Assembly: GCA_050248855.1 (NCBI GenBank)
Contig: JBFWRP010000001.1
Span: 59,134-123,133 of the forward strand
From: Planctomycetota bacterium
Lineage (GTDB): Bacteria > Planctomycetota > PLA2 > JAEUHO01
Direction: 5' to 3'
Length of the DNA stretch: 64,000 bases
Part shown: piece by piece, positions 9,575-18,653 of the stretch
Numbering within the stretch: the first letter of the stretch is position 1
Layout: every line of letters begins with the position of its first letter
Program-made: the position numbers and the translations under genes
The notes under the pieces: generated by a model
Database searches by the model: none
What the model was told of the DNA's origin: nothing
The model's input: only the letters and a program-made list of their open reading frames with translations

Positions 9575-10680
9575 GCGAGCCCCTCCACCCACGGCGCAAG
9601 GAGGGCAGCGTCCTCGCCCGGAACGACCAGCGAGCGGCCGTGCCGGCCCACCAGGCGCCTCAGCCCGTCTGCGAGACCCGGCTCCGGGCGGGAGGTGACG
9701 TAGACCACCGCGGTGCCCGGTCGCGGCGGCTGCGCCTTGAGGGCGCCGCGGGGGCGCCTTCCACCACGGGCCACGACGGCGAGCGCGTCCAGGCCCTGGG
9801 CGAGCGGGCGGGCCAGGGCTCCGTCCCGACGCCGTGTCACGCCGCTGCGGCCCCGGTCGAGGACGAGACGTGCAGGGCGACCGCTGGACAGCAACGCGCG
9901 CCACAACGTGGCGGTGGCGCGCACGGCGCGTTCGAAGTCCGAGCTGGTGCCTCCGGCGCCGAGCACGAGCGTGACCTCCTGGCCCTGGGCGCCGCGCCAC
10001 TCCGTGACGATGGGCTCGCCTCGACGCGCCGACGTGCGTGCGTGGACGCGACGAAGGTCATCGCCCTCGCGCCACGCCCGGACGCCGTGGAGCTCTTCCT
10101 CGGTGCGGGCACGCGCATCGAGAGCGAGCGGGTCCTGGGGGCCGCTGGCCAGCCACGCACGAAACCGCGGACCGGGACGTCCTTCGCTCGGTCGCACCAC
10201 GAGGCGATCCACGAGAGGCAGCGTCACGTTGCATCGGACCAAGCCCAACGGGAAGCGACTCGTGACGCGGGGGCCGCGCAAGGTGACGTGCCCGCGCTGG
10301 CGCCACGTCACGTTGGTCGTGATCGTCGTCGAGGCGCCGCCCGGGAGGTGCGGCACGTCGACCTCGATCGCGCGCGGCATCGAACCGCCGCCGGGGCGGT
10401 CCACCACCTTGAGGCCCAGCGCGCCGCGCCGGGCCTCGCGCTTCACCGTCCAGGCCAACGTCGCGGGTCGCCCCACCGTGGCGCGGGACGGCACGCTGCG
10501 GCGCACGCTGATGCCCTCGACGTTGGTACGTGCCAGCCGACGCGCCCACCAGGTCGCGGCCAGGATCGCGCAGGCCAGCAGCAGGAGCGGATTGCGCCCC
10601 AGCACCAGGGCCATCACCGCGAAGCCGAAGCCGCCCCACAGGTAGACCGCCCCCTCCTTCGTGAAGCGGCGCTCGAACAC
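9571..10680 (-). CDS. DUF58 family protein (vWA-like, usual MoxR/TgpA partner)
   Basis: It is the C-terminal 369 codons of the 1421-aa track ORF. N-terminal TM hairpin (LWGGFGFAVMALVLG...AILAATWWARRLA) then a DUF58-like body. GTG start at 10680 is inferred. Everything upstream in that ORF is S/R/P/A-rich shadow. Confidence 0.6.
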   Translation of the reverse strand: MFERRFTKEGAVYLWGGFGFAVMALVLGRNPLLLLACAILAATWWARRLARTNVEGISVRRSVPSRATVGRPATLAWTVKREARRGALGLKVVDRPGGGSMPRAIEVDVPHLPGGASTTITTNVTWRQRGHVTLRGPRVTSRFPLGLVRCNVTLPLVDRLVVRPSEGRPGPRFRAWLASGPQDPLALDARARTEEELHGVRAWREGDDLRRVHARTSARRGEPIVTEWRGAQGQEVTLVLGAGGTSSDFERAVRATATLWRALLSSGRPARLVLDRGRSGVTRRRDGALARPLAQGLDALAVVARGGRRPRGALKAQPPRPGTAVVYVTSRPEPGLADGLRRLVGRHGRSLVVPGEDAALLAPWVEGLA

Positions 10681-10792
10681 GGGCTCGAGGGGTCCGCTGG
10701 AGCGAGGTGCGCGCGACGACGCCGTCCCCCGGAGGGCGTCCGCGACCCGCCCGCGCCGGGCGCCCCTGCTGCGAGGCTCATCGCCTCCCGAG

Positions 10793-10837
10793 CCAGTGCC
10801 TCCGGGGCCAGTGCCTCCGGGGCCAGTGCCTCCCCGG
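10793..10837. repeat. 15-bp x3 perfect/near-perfect tandem repeat (CCAGTGCCTCCGGGG)
   Basis: Direct reading gives three head-to-tail copies, the third with one mismatch. It lies in the divergent region between the DUF58 start and the 11042 gene. Confidence 0.8.
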
Positions 10838-11041
10838 CTCGTGCGCGCCAGCCGCGGGCCGCGCAGGGGCAGCGCGTCGTGGCCGGGCGCTCGGTCGAGG
10901 GCGAGGGCGCACACGCGGATCGGTGCTCCACGGCCCGGTCCCGGGCCCGCCGGAGTATACGTCTCGACCAGCGCCGGGTTCGCCCGGCGGCCACATGCCC
11001 ACGTCGCGCCTGGCGGGCGTGCAGGGCGCGGGAGAGCACGG

Positions 11042-11708
11042 CATGGCGGTCGACGCACGGCGGCGAGAACGAACCTGGCCGTTCGTGCTCGTGCTGCTGG
11101 GCACGCTGGCCTACGCCGCCTGGCTGCTTCGAGGCCATGCCGCCGAGGGCCGCGCCCAGTCCTCTCGCGAGGACGCGGCCCACGAGGCCCTGGTGGCGTT
11201 GCGCGACGCCGAGCTGGAGCGTCGCGCTGCGCTCGGCCGCTTCGCGACGCTCGCGGAGCTGGCGTCGGAGTCGCGCCTGCCGAGCGGATTGGGCGTGACG
11301 GACGACGAGGGCGAGCCGCACGTTCTCGTGCCCGGATATCGGCTCGACGTCCTGCTGCCGTGGCGCCTGGAAGGCGGGCGACTCGTTCGCGTGGCGCGCC
11401 CTGCGCGACACGCCCCGGACCCGGAGCTGGCAGCTCGGCACATGATGGTCGTCGCACGGCCGCTACGTCCGGCTCGCGACGGGTATCGCACGTACGCCAC
11501 GGACGAGTCCGGGCTCGTCTGGGTATCCGAGGGCGTCTCGGACGACGTGACCGCGGCGCGCAACCCCCTGCCCGACGCCCATCTGTCGACATCGGCCATC
11601 GCCGACACCTCGGGCCGCGTCTGGCACCGCTTGGACCGCCTCGTTCCCTTCGGCGACGAGCGCGGCGAACGCGATGACCGCGACCACGGCGACGAGCGCG
11701 GCGAGTAG
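11042..11708 (+). CDS. Hypothetical membrane-anchored protein
   Basis: Start MAVDARRRERTWPFVLVLLGTLAYAAWLL gives one N-terminal TM helix. Its amino-acid composition is not shadow-like. An alternative start MPTSR is near 10996. Confidence 0.45.
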
Positions 11709-11828
11709 ACCCCCGGAGCCTGCGGGCGGCCCGAGGCCGGGCAGGGACCCGGGCTGGGCGGGGGGTGCGCGGGTGTGTGGCCTGCCTGGCCAGGCCGGCG
11801 CCCGAGCCGGGGATGCGTTCCCAGGCTC

Positions 11829-12863
11829 TCAGGCGTCGAGGAAGCGTACGCCCCGCGCACCGGCCGCCGTGTGACCCAGGCGCCAGGCGTCCTCGCCCGC
11901 TTCGCGCAGCACCGCGACGGCCTTGTCGGCCTGGGCCTCGTCCACGACCACGACGAGGCCGCAGCCCATGTTGAAGACGTGCCAGGCTTCGGCGGCGTCG
12001 ATGCCCGTGCGCTCGACGATCCAGCGGAAGACGGGGTTGGGCGCGAAGGACGAGCGATCGACCACCGCCTCGACGCCTTCGGGCAGCACACGCGGCACGT
12101 TGTCCTCGAGGCCGCCGCCGGTGATGTGGGCCAAGCCGCGGATCGCGACGACCTTGCGCAGCGCGCGGATGGGAGCCAGGTACGAGCGATGCGGTCGGCA
12201 CAGCGCGTCGGCGAGCGTCTCGTTCCAGCCTTCGGGCGTGGTCGCCAGGTCGATGGCGTCGCGTTCGATCAGGCGGTTGACCAGCGAGTAGCCGTTCGTG
12301 TGCAGGCCATTGGAGCGCACGCCGATCAGGGCCTGGCCCGGGGCGATGCCCCGCGGCCAGACCTCGTCGGCTTCGACCACGCCGACGAGGAAGCCCACCA
12401 GGTCCATCTCGCCGGGCAGGTAGGTCCCCGGCATCTCGGCGGTCTCGCCACCGAGCAAGGCGGCTCCCGCGGCGCGGCAGGCCTCGACCAGTCCGGTCAG
12501 CACGTCCTCGAACTGGTGCGGGTCCAGGTGGCTGGCCGCGAGGTAGTCCAGGAAGAACAGGGGCTCGGCGCCCTGCACGAGCACGTCGTTGACGCAGTGG
12601 TTGACGATGTCGTGGCCGAGCCCCTTCAGGCGGCCGGCTCGGAGCGCCAAGCGTGTCTTGGTCCCGACGCCGTCGTTGCTGGCCACCAGGATGGGATGGC
12701 GCATGCCCTCGAAGCGGCCGCTGAACATGCCGCCGAAGGCGCCGAGCTCGTGCCGGACCCCTGGCCCGAACGTGGTGCGCACGAGCGCGCCGATGTCGCG
12801 GAGCATGCGCCCCTTCTTGTCGATGTCCACGCCTGCGTCGCGATAGGTGAGCCGACTCGTCAT
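11829..12863 (-). CDS. purM: Phosphoribosylformylglycinamidine cyclo-ligase (AIR synthetase)
   Basis: MTSRLTYRDAGVDIDKKG... matches the conserved PurM N-terminus, with AIRS N and C domains. Start at 12863 is an internal Met of the track ORF. Confidence 0.9.
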   Translation of the reverse strand: MTSRLTYRDAGVDIDKKGRMLRDIGALVRTTFGPGVRHELGAFGGMFSGRFEGMRHPILVASNDGVGTKTRLALRAGRLKGLGHDIVNHCVNDVLVQGAEPLFFLDYLAASHLDPHQFEDVLTGLVEACRAAGAALLGGETAEMPGTYLPGEMDLVGFLVGVVEADEVWPRGIAPGQALIGVRSNGLHTNGYSLVNRLIERDAIDLATTPEGWNETLADALCRPHRSYLAPIRALRKVVAIRGLAHITGGGLEDNVPRVLPEGVEAVVDRSSFAPNPVFRWIVERTGIDAAEAWHVFNMGCGLVVVVDEAQADKAVAVLREAGEDAWRLGHTAAGARGVRFLDA

Positions 12864-13000
12864 GGGCCGGAAGGTAGCGCCGGGGACCCCGCTCGCCCCC
12901 CTTCGGACGCCTGATCGGGCCATGAGCGCACGGCGTGGCGTGCCCGGTCGTCGGGCCGACGAGGACGGGCGGGCCGGGAGTCCGGCGGTATCGTGGCCCG

Positions 13001-14206
13001 GTGCCCGAGCCCACCGCCCCCACCGCGGCCCGCGGGCCAAAGCTGCGCCAGCGCGTGGCCGTGCTCGGCGCCACGGGCTCCGTCGGGGGCGCGGCCCTGG
13101 ACGTGCTGGAGCAGGAGCGCGCCCGCTTCCGCACGATCGTGCTGGCGGCGTCCACGCAGGGCGACGCGCTGCTTGCCGCCGCCCGCCGCGTGGGCGCCCC
13201 CCGCATCGTCCTCGCGGATCCTGCCGCCGGCCAGGCGCTGGCCGCGCGCTTGCGCCCCGGCGATCCCGAGCTGTCCTTCGGTCCGGAGGCCGTGCGCGAC
13301 GCCGCGGCGGCCCCCGACATCGACGTCGTCGTGCAGGGCATCACGGGTGCGGCAGGGCTCGAAGCCAGCCTCGCCGCGGCACGCTCCGGCAAGCGCATCG
13401 CCCTGGCCAACAAGGAGAGCCTCGTCGTGGCGGGGCCCCTCCTCGTGCGCGCGGCGCGTGAAGGGGGAGCGACCCTGCTGCCGGTGGACAGCGAACACGC
13501 CGCGCTCCACCAGGCGCTGCGCGCCGGCCGCCCCGAGGAGGTGCGGCGCCTGGTCCTGACGGCGTCCGGCGGGCCCTTCCGCGGCAAGCGCCGCGAGGAC
13601 CTCCTCCACGTCACGCCGGCCCAAGCCCTCGCCCACCCGACCTGGACGATGGGCCCACGGATCACCGTCGACAGCGCCACCCTCATGAACAAGGCCCTCG
13701 AGGTCATCGAGGCCCGCTGGCTGTTCGACGTGGAGCCCGAGCGCATCGAGGTCGTGGTCCATCCGCAGAGCGTGGTCCACTCCCTGGTCGAGTTCGTGGA
13801 CGGCAGCGTGGTGGCCCAGATGGGACCGCCCGACATGCGCCTGCCGGTGCGCTACGCGCTGGGCTGGCCGGACCGCTTGGTCGCATCGGCGCCGCGCTTC
13901 GACCCGGCCGACTACGCCCGCCTGACCTTCGAGCCGCCCGACACGGAGACCTTCCCCGCCCTCGGGCTAGGATTCGAGGCCGCCCGTCGCGGCGGGACCG
14001 CCGGAGCCGCCCTCAACGCGGCCGACGAGGCCGCCGTTGCGCGGTTCCTGGCCGGCGACCTGGCCTTTCTCGACATCACCCGCGTCGTGGCCGACGTCCT
14101 GGCCCGCCACCCGTTCGTCGCCGAGCCCGACCTCGCCGACCTGCGTGCCGTGGACGCCTGGGCCCGCACGGAGACTGCTCTCGCATGCGAACGCGCCGTT
14201 CCCTGA
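13001..14206 (+). CDS. dxr: 1-deoxy-D-xylulose 5-phosphate reductoisomerase
   Basis: VAVLGATGSVG NADPH-binding motif, LANKESLV, and a conserved C-terminal domain. Start is uncertain (GTG 13001 or ATG 12935). Confidence 0.9.
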   Translation: MPEPTAPTAARGPKLRQRVAVLGATGSVGGAALDVLEQERARFRTIVLAASTQGDALLAAARRVGAPRIVLADPAAGQALAARLRPGDPELSFGPEAVRDAAAAPDIDVVVQGITGAAGLEASLAAARSGKRIALANKESLVVAGPLLVRAAREGGATLLPVDSEHAALHQALRAGRPEEVRRLVLTASGGPFRGKRREDLLHVTPAQALAHPTWTMGPRITVDSATLMNKALEVIEARWLFDVEPERIEVVVHPQSVVHSLVEFVDGSVVAQMGPPDMRLPVRYALGWPDRLVASAPRFDPADYARLTFEPPDTETFPALGLGFEAARRGGTAGAALNAADEAAVARFLAGDLAFLDITRVVADVLARHPFVAEPDLADLRAVDAWARTETALACERAVP

Positions 14207-14295
14207 CCCGCCGCCTCCCCCCCTACCGCGTGCTCACGCGGTGCGCCGTCGTGGCCACGGGCCTGCCGCTGGCGCTCTCGCTTCCGGGTGGGTCG

Positions 14296-16215
14296 ATGAT
14301 CCTCGCCATCCTCGGCATCGGGTTCCTGATCTTCGTGCACGAGTGGGGTCACTACGCCGCCTGTCGGCTCACGGGCACGCGCACGGAGACCTTCGCGATC
14401 GGCTTCGGCCCGCGCCTCTTCGGCTGGGAGAAGGACCGCGACGGCAAGCGCCGCTTCACGGTCGGCGAGCGCCAGCTGGACCCGGAAGACCACGCGATGG
14501 ACTTCCGCATCAGCGCGATCCCGCTCGGCGGCTACGTCAAGATGGCGGGCGAGATCCCGGGCGAGGGCACCACCGGGGCAGAGGACGAGTTCCCGCAGAA
14601 GACCGCTTCCCAGCGCGCCTTCATCATCAGCGCCGGCGTCATCATGAACCTGATCACGGCGGTCGTGTTCTACGCCCTCACCTACGGCATGGGTCGTCCG
14701 ACGCCGCCTCCCGTGATCGCGTCGGTCGAGTCGGGTGGCGGCGCCTGGGAGGCCGGGCTCCGGGCCGGCGACCGCGTGGTGAGCATCGATGGCAACGCCA
14801 TCGACAGCGACATCGACCTGCTCATGCAGGCGGCCCTGGCCAGCCACGAGCCGGCGCACATCGTCTACACGCGCGACGGCGAGCGCCGCGAGACACGCGT
14901 CCAGGCGCGCCACGACGCCGAGCTCGGCCGCATGCGCATGGGCTTCAGCCCGGCCCAGGTCGCGCTCGTCCTCGGCCGCGACGACCAGGCGCCGCGCATC
15001 GGCCCGGAGACGAAGGCCTTGGTCGGCGGCATTCCGGTCGTGGGCGGCCGCGAGGCGCTCGAGCAGCTGCACTTGCTGCTGGCACGCGGCATCGTGCCCG
15101 TCGTGGTCGAGGTGGACGGCCAGCGCGTGGAGCTCGCGCCTACGCCGCCCAAGAAGGGCGTGGAGCCCTCCGAGCCGGCGCCGCGCTTCCTCGGTCTCGA
15201 GCCGTTCCATCCGGTCGTGGTCGGCCAGGTGCTCGAGCCCGCGTCCGCCGTGTTGCGCACGGGGGATGTGCTGCTCGCTCCCGCCGCTGCCGACGGTGGC
15301 GCCACACGGCAGATCGGCTCGGCGGGCGCCTGGCTCGCCGCTGCCCAAGGCGACGCGGCGTGGACGGGGATCCGGGTCCGCCGCGGCGACACCGAGCAGA
15401 CCCTGGCGGTGAGCTTGCCCACGGTGGGCGAACGGCTGGCGTTCCTCCGCTCGGTCCACCTGGAGGACGAGGACGACGGCGGAGCCCGCGTGTCCGCCAC
15501 GCCGGGGCTCGTCCAGGTCGACGACGTCGAGGCCAACACCACTTGGTGGTACCAGGCGCCCGACTCCGCGGCCGCCGAAGGGGGCTGGCAGGACGGGGAT
15601 CGCCTCCGCCGGGTGGGCGAGATCGAGGTCGGTACGTTCGTGGGTGCGCAGGGCGTGATCCGCACGCTGCCCGCGGGCAAGGCCGTCGAGGTCGAGGTCG
15701 AGGGCGTCGATGGCACGCGCCGCACGCTCGCGATCGAGGCCCGCCCGGGCACGCTGGTGGGTCAGCTGCCCGTCGACCTGGTGCCGGCGCTCGAGACGCC
15801 GCCCGGCAAGCCCTTCCTCGGCGCGCTGGGCGCCGGTGCGCGCCGCACGTGGGTCGAGGTCGTCAACACGTTCCGCACGATCGGCGCCTTCTTCACGGGA
15901 CGGGTCTCGTTCGCGAAGAACGTGGGTGGCCCCATCATGATCGTGAAGGCGAGCAGCGATTTCGCCGACCGCGGGTTCCTGCAGCTGCTCTGGTTCCTCG
16001 CCTACGTCAGCGTGATGCTGGCCGTGCTGAACATCCTGCCCATCCCCGTCCTGGATGGCGGCCACCTGCTGTTCATCCTCATCGAGAAGATCAAGGGCTC
16101 TCCGCTCAAGGACAGCACGATGTTCAACCTCCAGAAGGTCGGCATGGTGTTGCTCCTGGCGTTGATGGTCTTCGCCTTCTGGAACGACATCCAGCGCATC
16201 ATCCTCCGTTCATGA
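14296..16215 (+). CDS. rseP: RIP zinc metalloprotease (site-2 protease)
   Basis: HEWGH zinc motif, PDZ domains, and LNILPIPVLDGGH C-terminal motif. The dxr-rseP order is a conserved neighbourhood. Confidence 0.9.
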   Translation: MILAILGIGFLIFVHEWGHYAACRLTGTRTETFAIGFGPRLFGWEKDRDGKRRFTVGERQLDPEDHAMDFRISAIPLGGYVKMAGEIPGEGTTGAEDEFPQKTASQRAFIISAGVIMNLITAVVFYALTYGMGRPTPPPVIASVESGGGAWEAGLRAGDRVVSIDGNAIDSDIDLLMQAALASHEPAHIVYTRDGERRETRVQARHDAELGRMRMGFSPAQVALVLGRDDQAPRIGPETKALVGGIPVVGGREALEQLHLLLARGIVPVVVEVDGQRVELAPTPPKKGVEPSEPAPRFLGLEPFHPVVVGQVLEPASAVLRTGDVLLAPAAADGGATRQIGSAGAWLAAAQGDAAWTGIRVRRGDTEQTLAVSLPTVGERLAFLRSVHLEDEDDGGARVSATPGLVQVDDVEANTTWWYQAPDSAAAEGGWQDGDRLRRVGEIEVGTFVGAQGVIRTLPAGKAVEVEVEGVDGTRRTLAIEARPGTLVGQLPVDLVPALETPPGKPFLGALGAGARRTWVEVVNTFRTIGAFFTGRVSFAKNVGGPIMIVKASSDFADRGFLQLLWFLAYVSVMLAVLNILPIPVLDGGHLLFILIEKIKGSPLKDSTMFNLQKVGMVLLLALMVFAFWNDIQRIILRS

Positions 16216-17096
16216 AGGCTTGGCTGCGCCTCGCGCGCGTCCCCTTCGCGTTCACGGCGGCGACCGACGCCTTGGCCGTGGGTCTCCTGGCGCACGCGGC
16301 GCTCGGCTCGGACGCGGCGAGCACGCGCTGGCCCGCCGTGCTCGGCGCGGCCGTCCTCGTCTACGCGTTCGGGATGATGCTCAACGACTGGGCAGACCGC
16401 GCGGAGGACGCCCTGGTGGCCCCGCGGCGCCCGCTTCCGTCCGGGGCGCTCCGTCCGGCCCCGGTCGCGGTCGCGATCCTGCTGGTCGCGCTGGGCGCTC
16501 TCGGCCTCGGCCATGTGGCGGGCACGTTGCCGGGCGTGGGCGCTGCGCTGGGTCTGGCGGCGCTGTACGACCTGGGCGCCAAGCGCTCCGTACGCGGGGG
16601 TGCGGTGGTGTTGGGCCTGGCGCGTGCGGCCAACGCGGCCCAGGTGCCACTGGCCGCTGCGCTGGCGGGCGCAGTCTCCTCCCCCGCGCTGCTCGCGGCC
16701 CTGGCCATCGGGACGTACGCGGCCGCGATCACGGTGCACAGTGCCCAGGCCGAAGTCGGCGTGCGGCACACGGTGCTCGTCCGCAGCCTGGTCGGCGTCG
16801 CCTTCGCCGGTGCGGCGATCCTCGCGTGGGTCGTGGCGGGCACGTTCACGTTGGCCACGATGTTCGCGTCCATGCTCGCCTTCGGCGTGGCCTCGAGCAC
16901 GGCGTTCGGACGCACCCCGCGTACGGGCCCCATCCCCAAGCAGGTCCGCGAGATGCTCTGCGGCCTGTACATGCTTGCGTACGTCGTCGCGAGCCCCGCC
17001 CTGGGCAGCAACGCCTTGCTTGCGCTGGGCGGTCTGTTCCTCGCCTGGGGCTTGGCCATCGCCAGCCAGCTTTTCGTTCGGGCGCTGGGCACCTGA
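16212..17096 (+). CDS. UbiA-family prenyltransferase
   Basis: NDWADRAEDA aspartate-rich motif and a polytopic membrane protein. ATG overlaps the rseP stop (ATGA). Confidence 0.75.
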   Translation: MKAWLRLARVPFAFTAATDALAVGLLAHAALGSDAASTRWPAVLGAAVLVYAFGMMLNDWADRAEDALVAPRRPLPSGALRPAPVAVAILLVALGALGLGHVAGTLPGVGAALGLAALYDLGAKRSVRGGAVVLGLARAANAAQVPLAAALAGAVSSPALLAALAIGTYAAAITVHSAQAEVGVRHTVLVRSLVGVAFAGAAILAWVVAGTFTLATMFASMLAFGVASSTAFGRTPRTGPIPKQVREMLCGLYMLAYVVASPALGSNALLALGGLFLAWGLAIASQLFVRALGT

Positions 17097-17222
17097 GAAG
17101 GAGTCGCAGGCTCTCGCGTCGGCCGGCGTGGCGGGGCCTGCGCGCGGCCCCGAGGCCGGCACGTTTGCGGTACGCTCGCCCCCCGGTGGTGCGGCGCGCG
17201 GTGCGCGGCCGGAGGAGCACGG

Positions 17223-18638
17223 ATGCCGTGGGCGCTGCTGGGCTTGGGCGTCGTGGTCGTGGCCGTCACGTCCGCGTTCCACGCGATCCTGCGCACGCGC
17301 ACCGCGCAGGGCGCCATGGCGTGGCTCGTGGCCCTGATCAGCATGCCGCTGCTGGCCATCCCGCTGTATTGGCTGTTCGGTCGCCGGCACTTCGCGGGCT
17401 ACACGCAGGCGTGGCGCGCCCACATGCACGAGCTGCGCCCCCTGGCCCGAGCGGCCCAGGCCAACCTCGAGGCCTTCCACGTGCCCGACGACGCCAAGCA
17501 TCCGGCCTACACGGGTCTGCAGGCGCTGGCGCACGGCCAGGTCACGCGGGGCAACGATGTCGAGCTGCTCGTGAACGGCGAGCCCACGTTCGCGAGCATC
17601 GTGGAGGGCATCGCGAAGGCCAGGAGCTATGTGCTCGTCGAGTTCTACATCGTGCGTGATGACGGCCTGGGGCGTCGCCTGCGCGATGCCCTGGTCGAGC
17701 GTGCCCGCGCGGGCGTCGACGTCTGGTTCGTCTACGACGAGCTCGGCAGCAGCAGCTTGAGCAGGCAGTACCGGAGGTCGCTCGAGGAGGCGGGCGTGCG
17801 CATCGTCGAGTTCGGAACGACGCGCGGCTGGACGAACCGCTTCCAGGTGAACTTCCGCAACCACCGCAAGATCGTCGTCGTGGACGGGGCCGTGGCCTGG
17901 ATCGGCGGGCACAACGTGGGCGACGAGTATGTCGGCCTGCACAGGAAGCTGACGCCCTGGCGCGACACGCACATCCGGCTGGAGGGACCGGCCGTGCTCG
18001 AGGCGCAAGCGGCCTTCCTCCTGGACTGGTGCTGGGCGACCGGTGAGCTGCTGGACCTCAGCTGGGAGGCCGTGCCCTCGACCACGGGCGACCGCCAGGC
18101 GTTGGTCGTGGCGACGGGCCCGGCCGACGACGTGGAGACCGGGAAGCTGCTCCACGCCCATCTCGTCAATCGCGCGCAGCATCGCCTGTGGATCGCCACG
18201 CCGTACTTCGTGCCGGAGCCCGCGGTGGCCGCGGCCCTCCAGCTCGCGGCGCTGCGCGGCGTGGACGTACGGGTCCTGGTACCGCTCCACAACGACAGCC
18301 AGCTCGTGCGCTTCGCCTCGTACTGGCATGTCCAGGAGCTGGGCGGCGTGGGCATCCGGTTCCTGCAGTACCCGCGGGGGTTCATGCACCAGAAGGTCGT
18401 GCTCGTGGACGAGGACCTCGTCTCGATCGGCACGCACAACTTCGACAACCGCTCGTTCCTGCTCAACTTCGAGGTCGCCGCCCTGGTCTTCGATCGCGAG
18501 GTCGCCAGCCGCGTGGAAGCCATGCTCGAGCGCGACATGGAGCATGCCGTGCGTCTCGACCCCGCCGCGATCGCCGCCCGCCCCCTTTGGTTCCGGCTCG
18601 CGACGCGCGCGGCGCGCCTCATGGCCCCGGTGCAGTAG
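17223..18638 (+). CDS. cls: Cardiolipin synthase (PLD superfamily)
   Basis: Two N-terminal TM helices and two HKD motifs (NHRKIVVVDG and MHQKVVLVDE). Confidence 0.9.
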   Translation: MPWALLGLGVVVVAVTSAFHAILRTRTAQGAMAWLVALISMPLLAIPLYWLFGRRHFAGYTQAWRAHMHELRPLARAAQANLEAFHVPDDAKHPAYTGLQALAHGQVTRGNDVELLVNGEPTFASIVEGIAKARSYVLVEFYIVRDDGLGRRLRDALVERARAGVDVWFVYDELGSSSLSRQYRRSLEEAGVRIVEFGTTRGWTNRFQVNFRNHRKIVVVDGAVAWIGGHNVGDEYVGLHRKLTPWRDTHIRLEGPAVLEAQAAFLLDWCWATGELLDLSWEAVPSTTGDRQALVVATGPADDVETGKLLHAHLVNRAQHRLWIATPYFVPEPAVAAALQLAALRGVDVRVLVPLHNDSQLVRFASYWHVQELGGVGIRFLQYPRGFMHQKVVLVDEDLVSIGTHNFDNRSFLLNFEVAALVFDREVASRVEAMLERDMEHAVRLDPAAIAARPLWFRLATRAARLMAPVQ

Positions 18639-18653
18639 TGACGACGGCGGGAT

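Noticed and set aside
10681-13836. 5' 1,050 codons of the 1421-aa minus-strand ORF (9571..13836)
   Set aside because: Only the last 369 codons look like a protein (DUF58). The rest is R/P/G-rich shadow overlapping purM and the plus-strand membrane gene.
16002-18545. 847-aa minus-strand ORF
   Set aside because: Antisense to the UbiA-family gene and cls, with no recognisable motifs and shadow composition.
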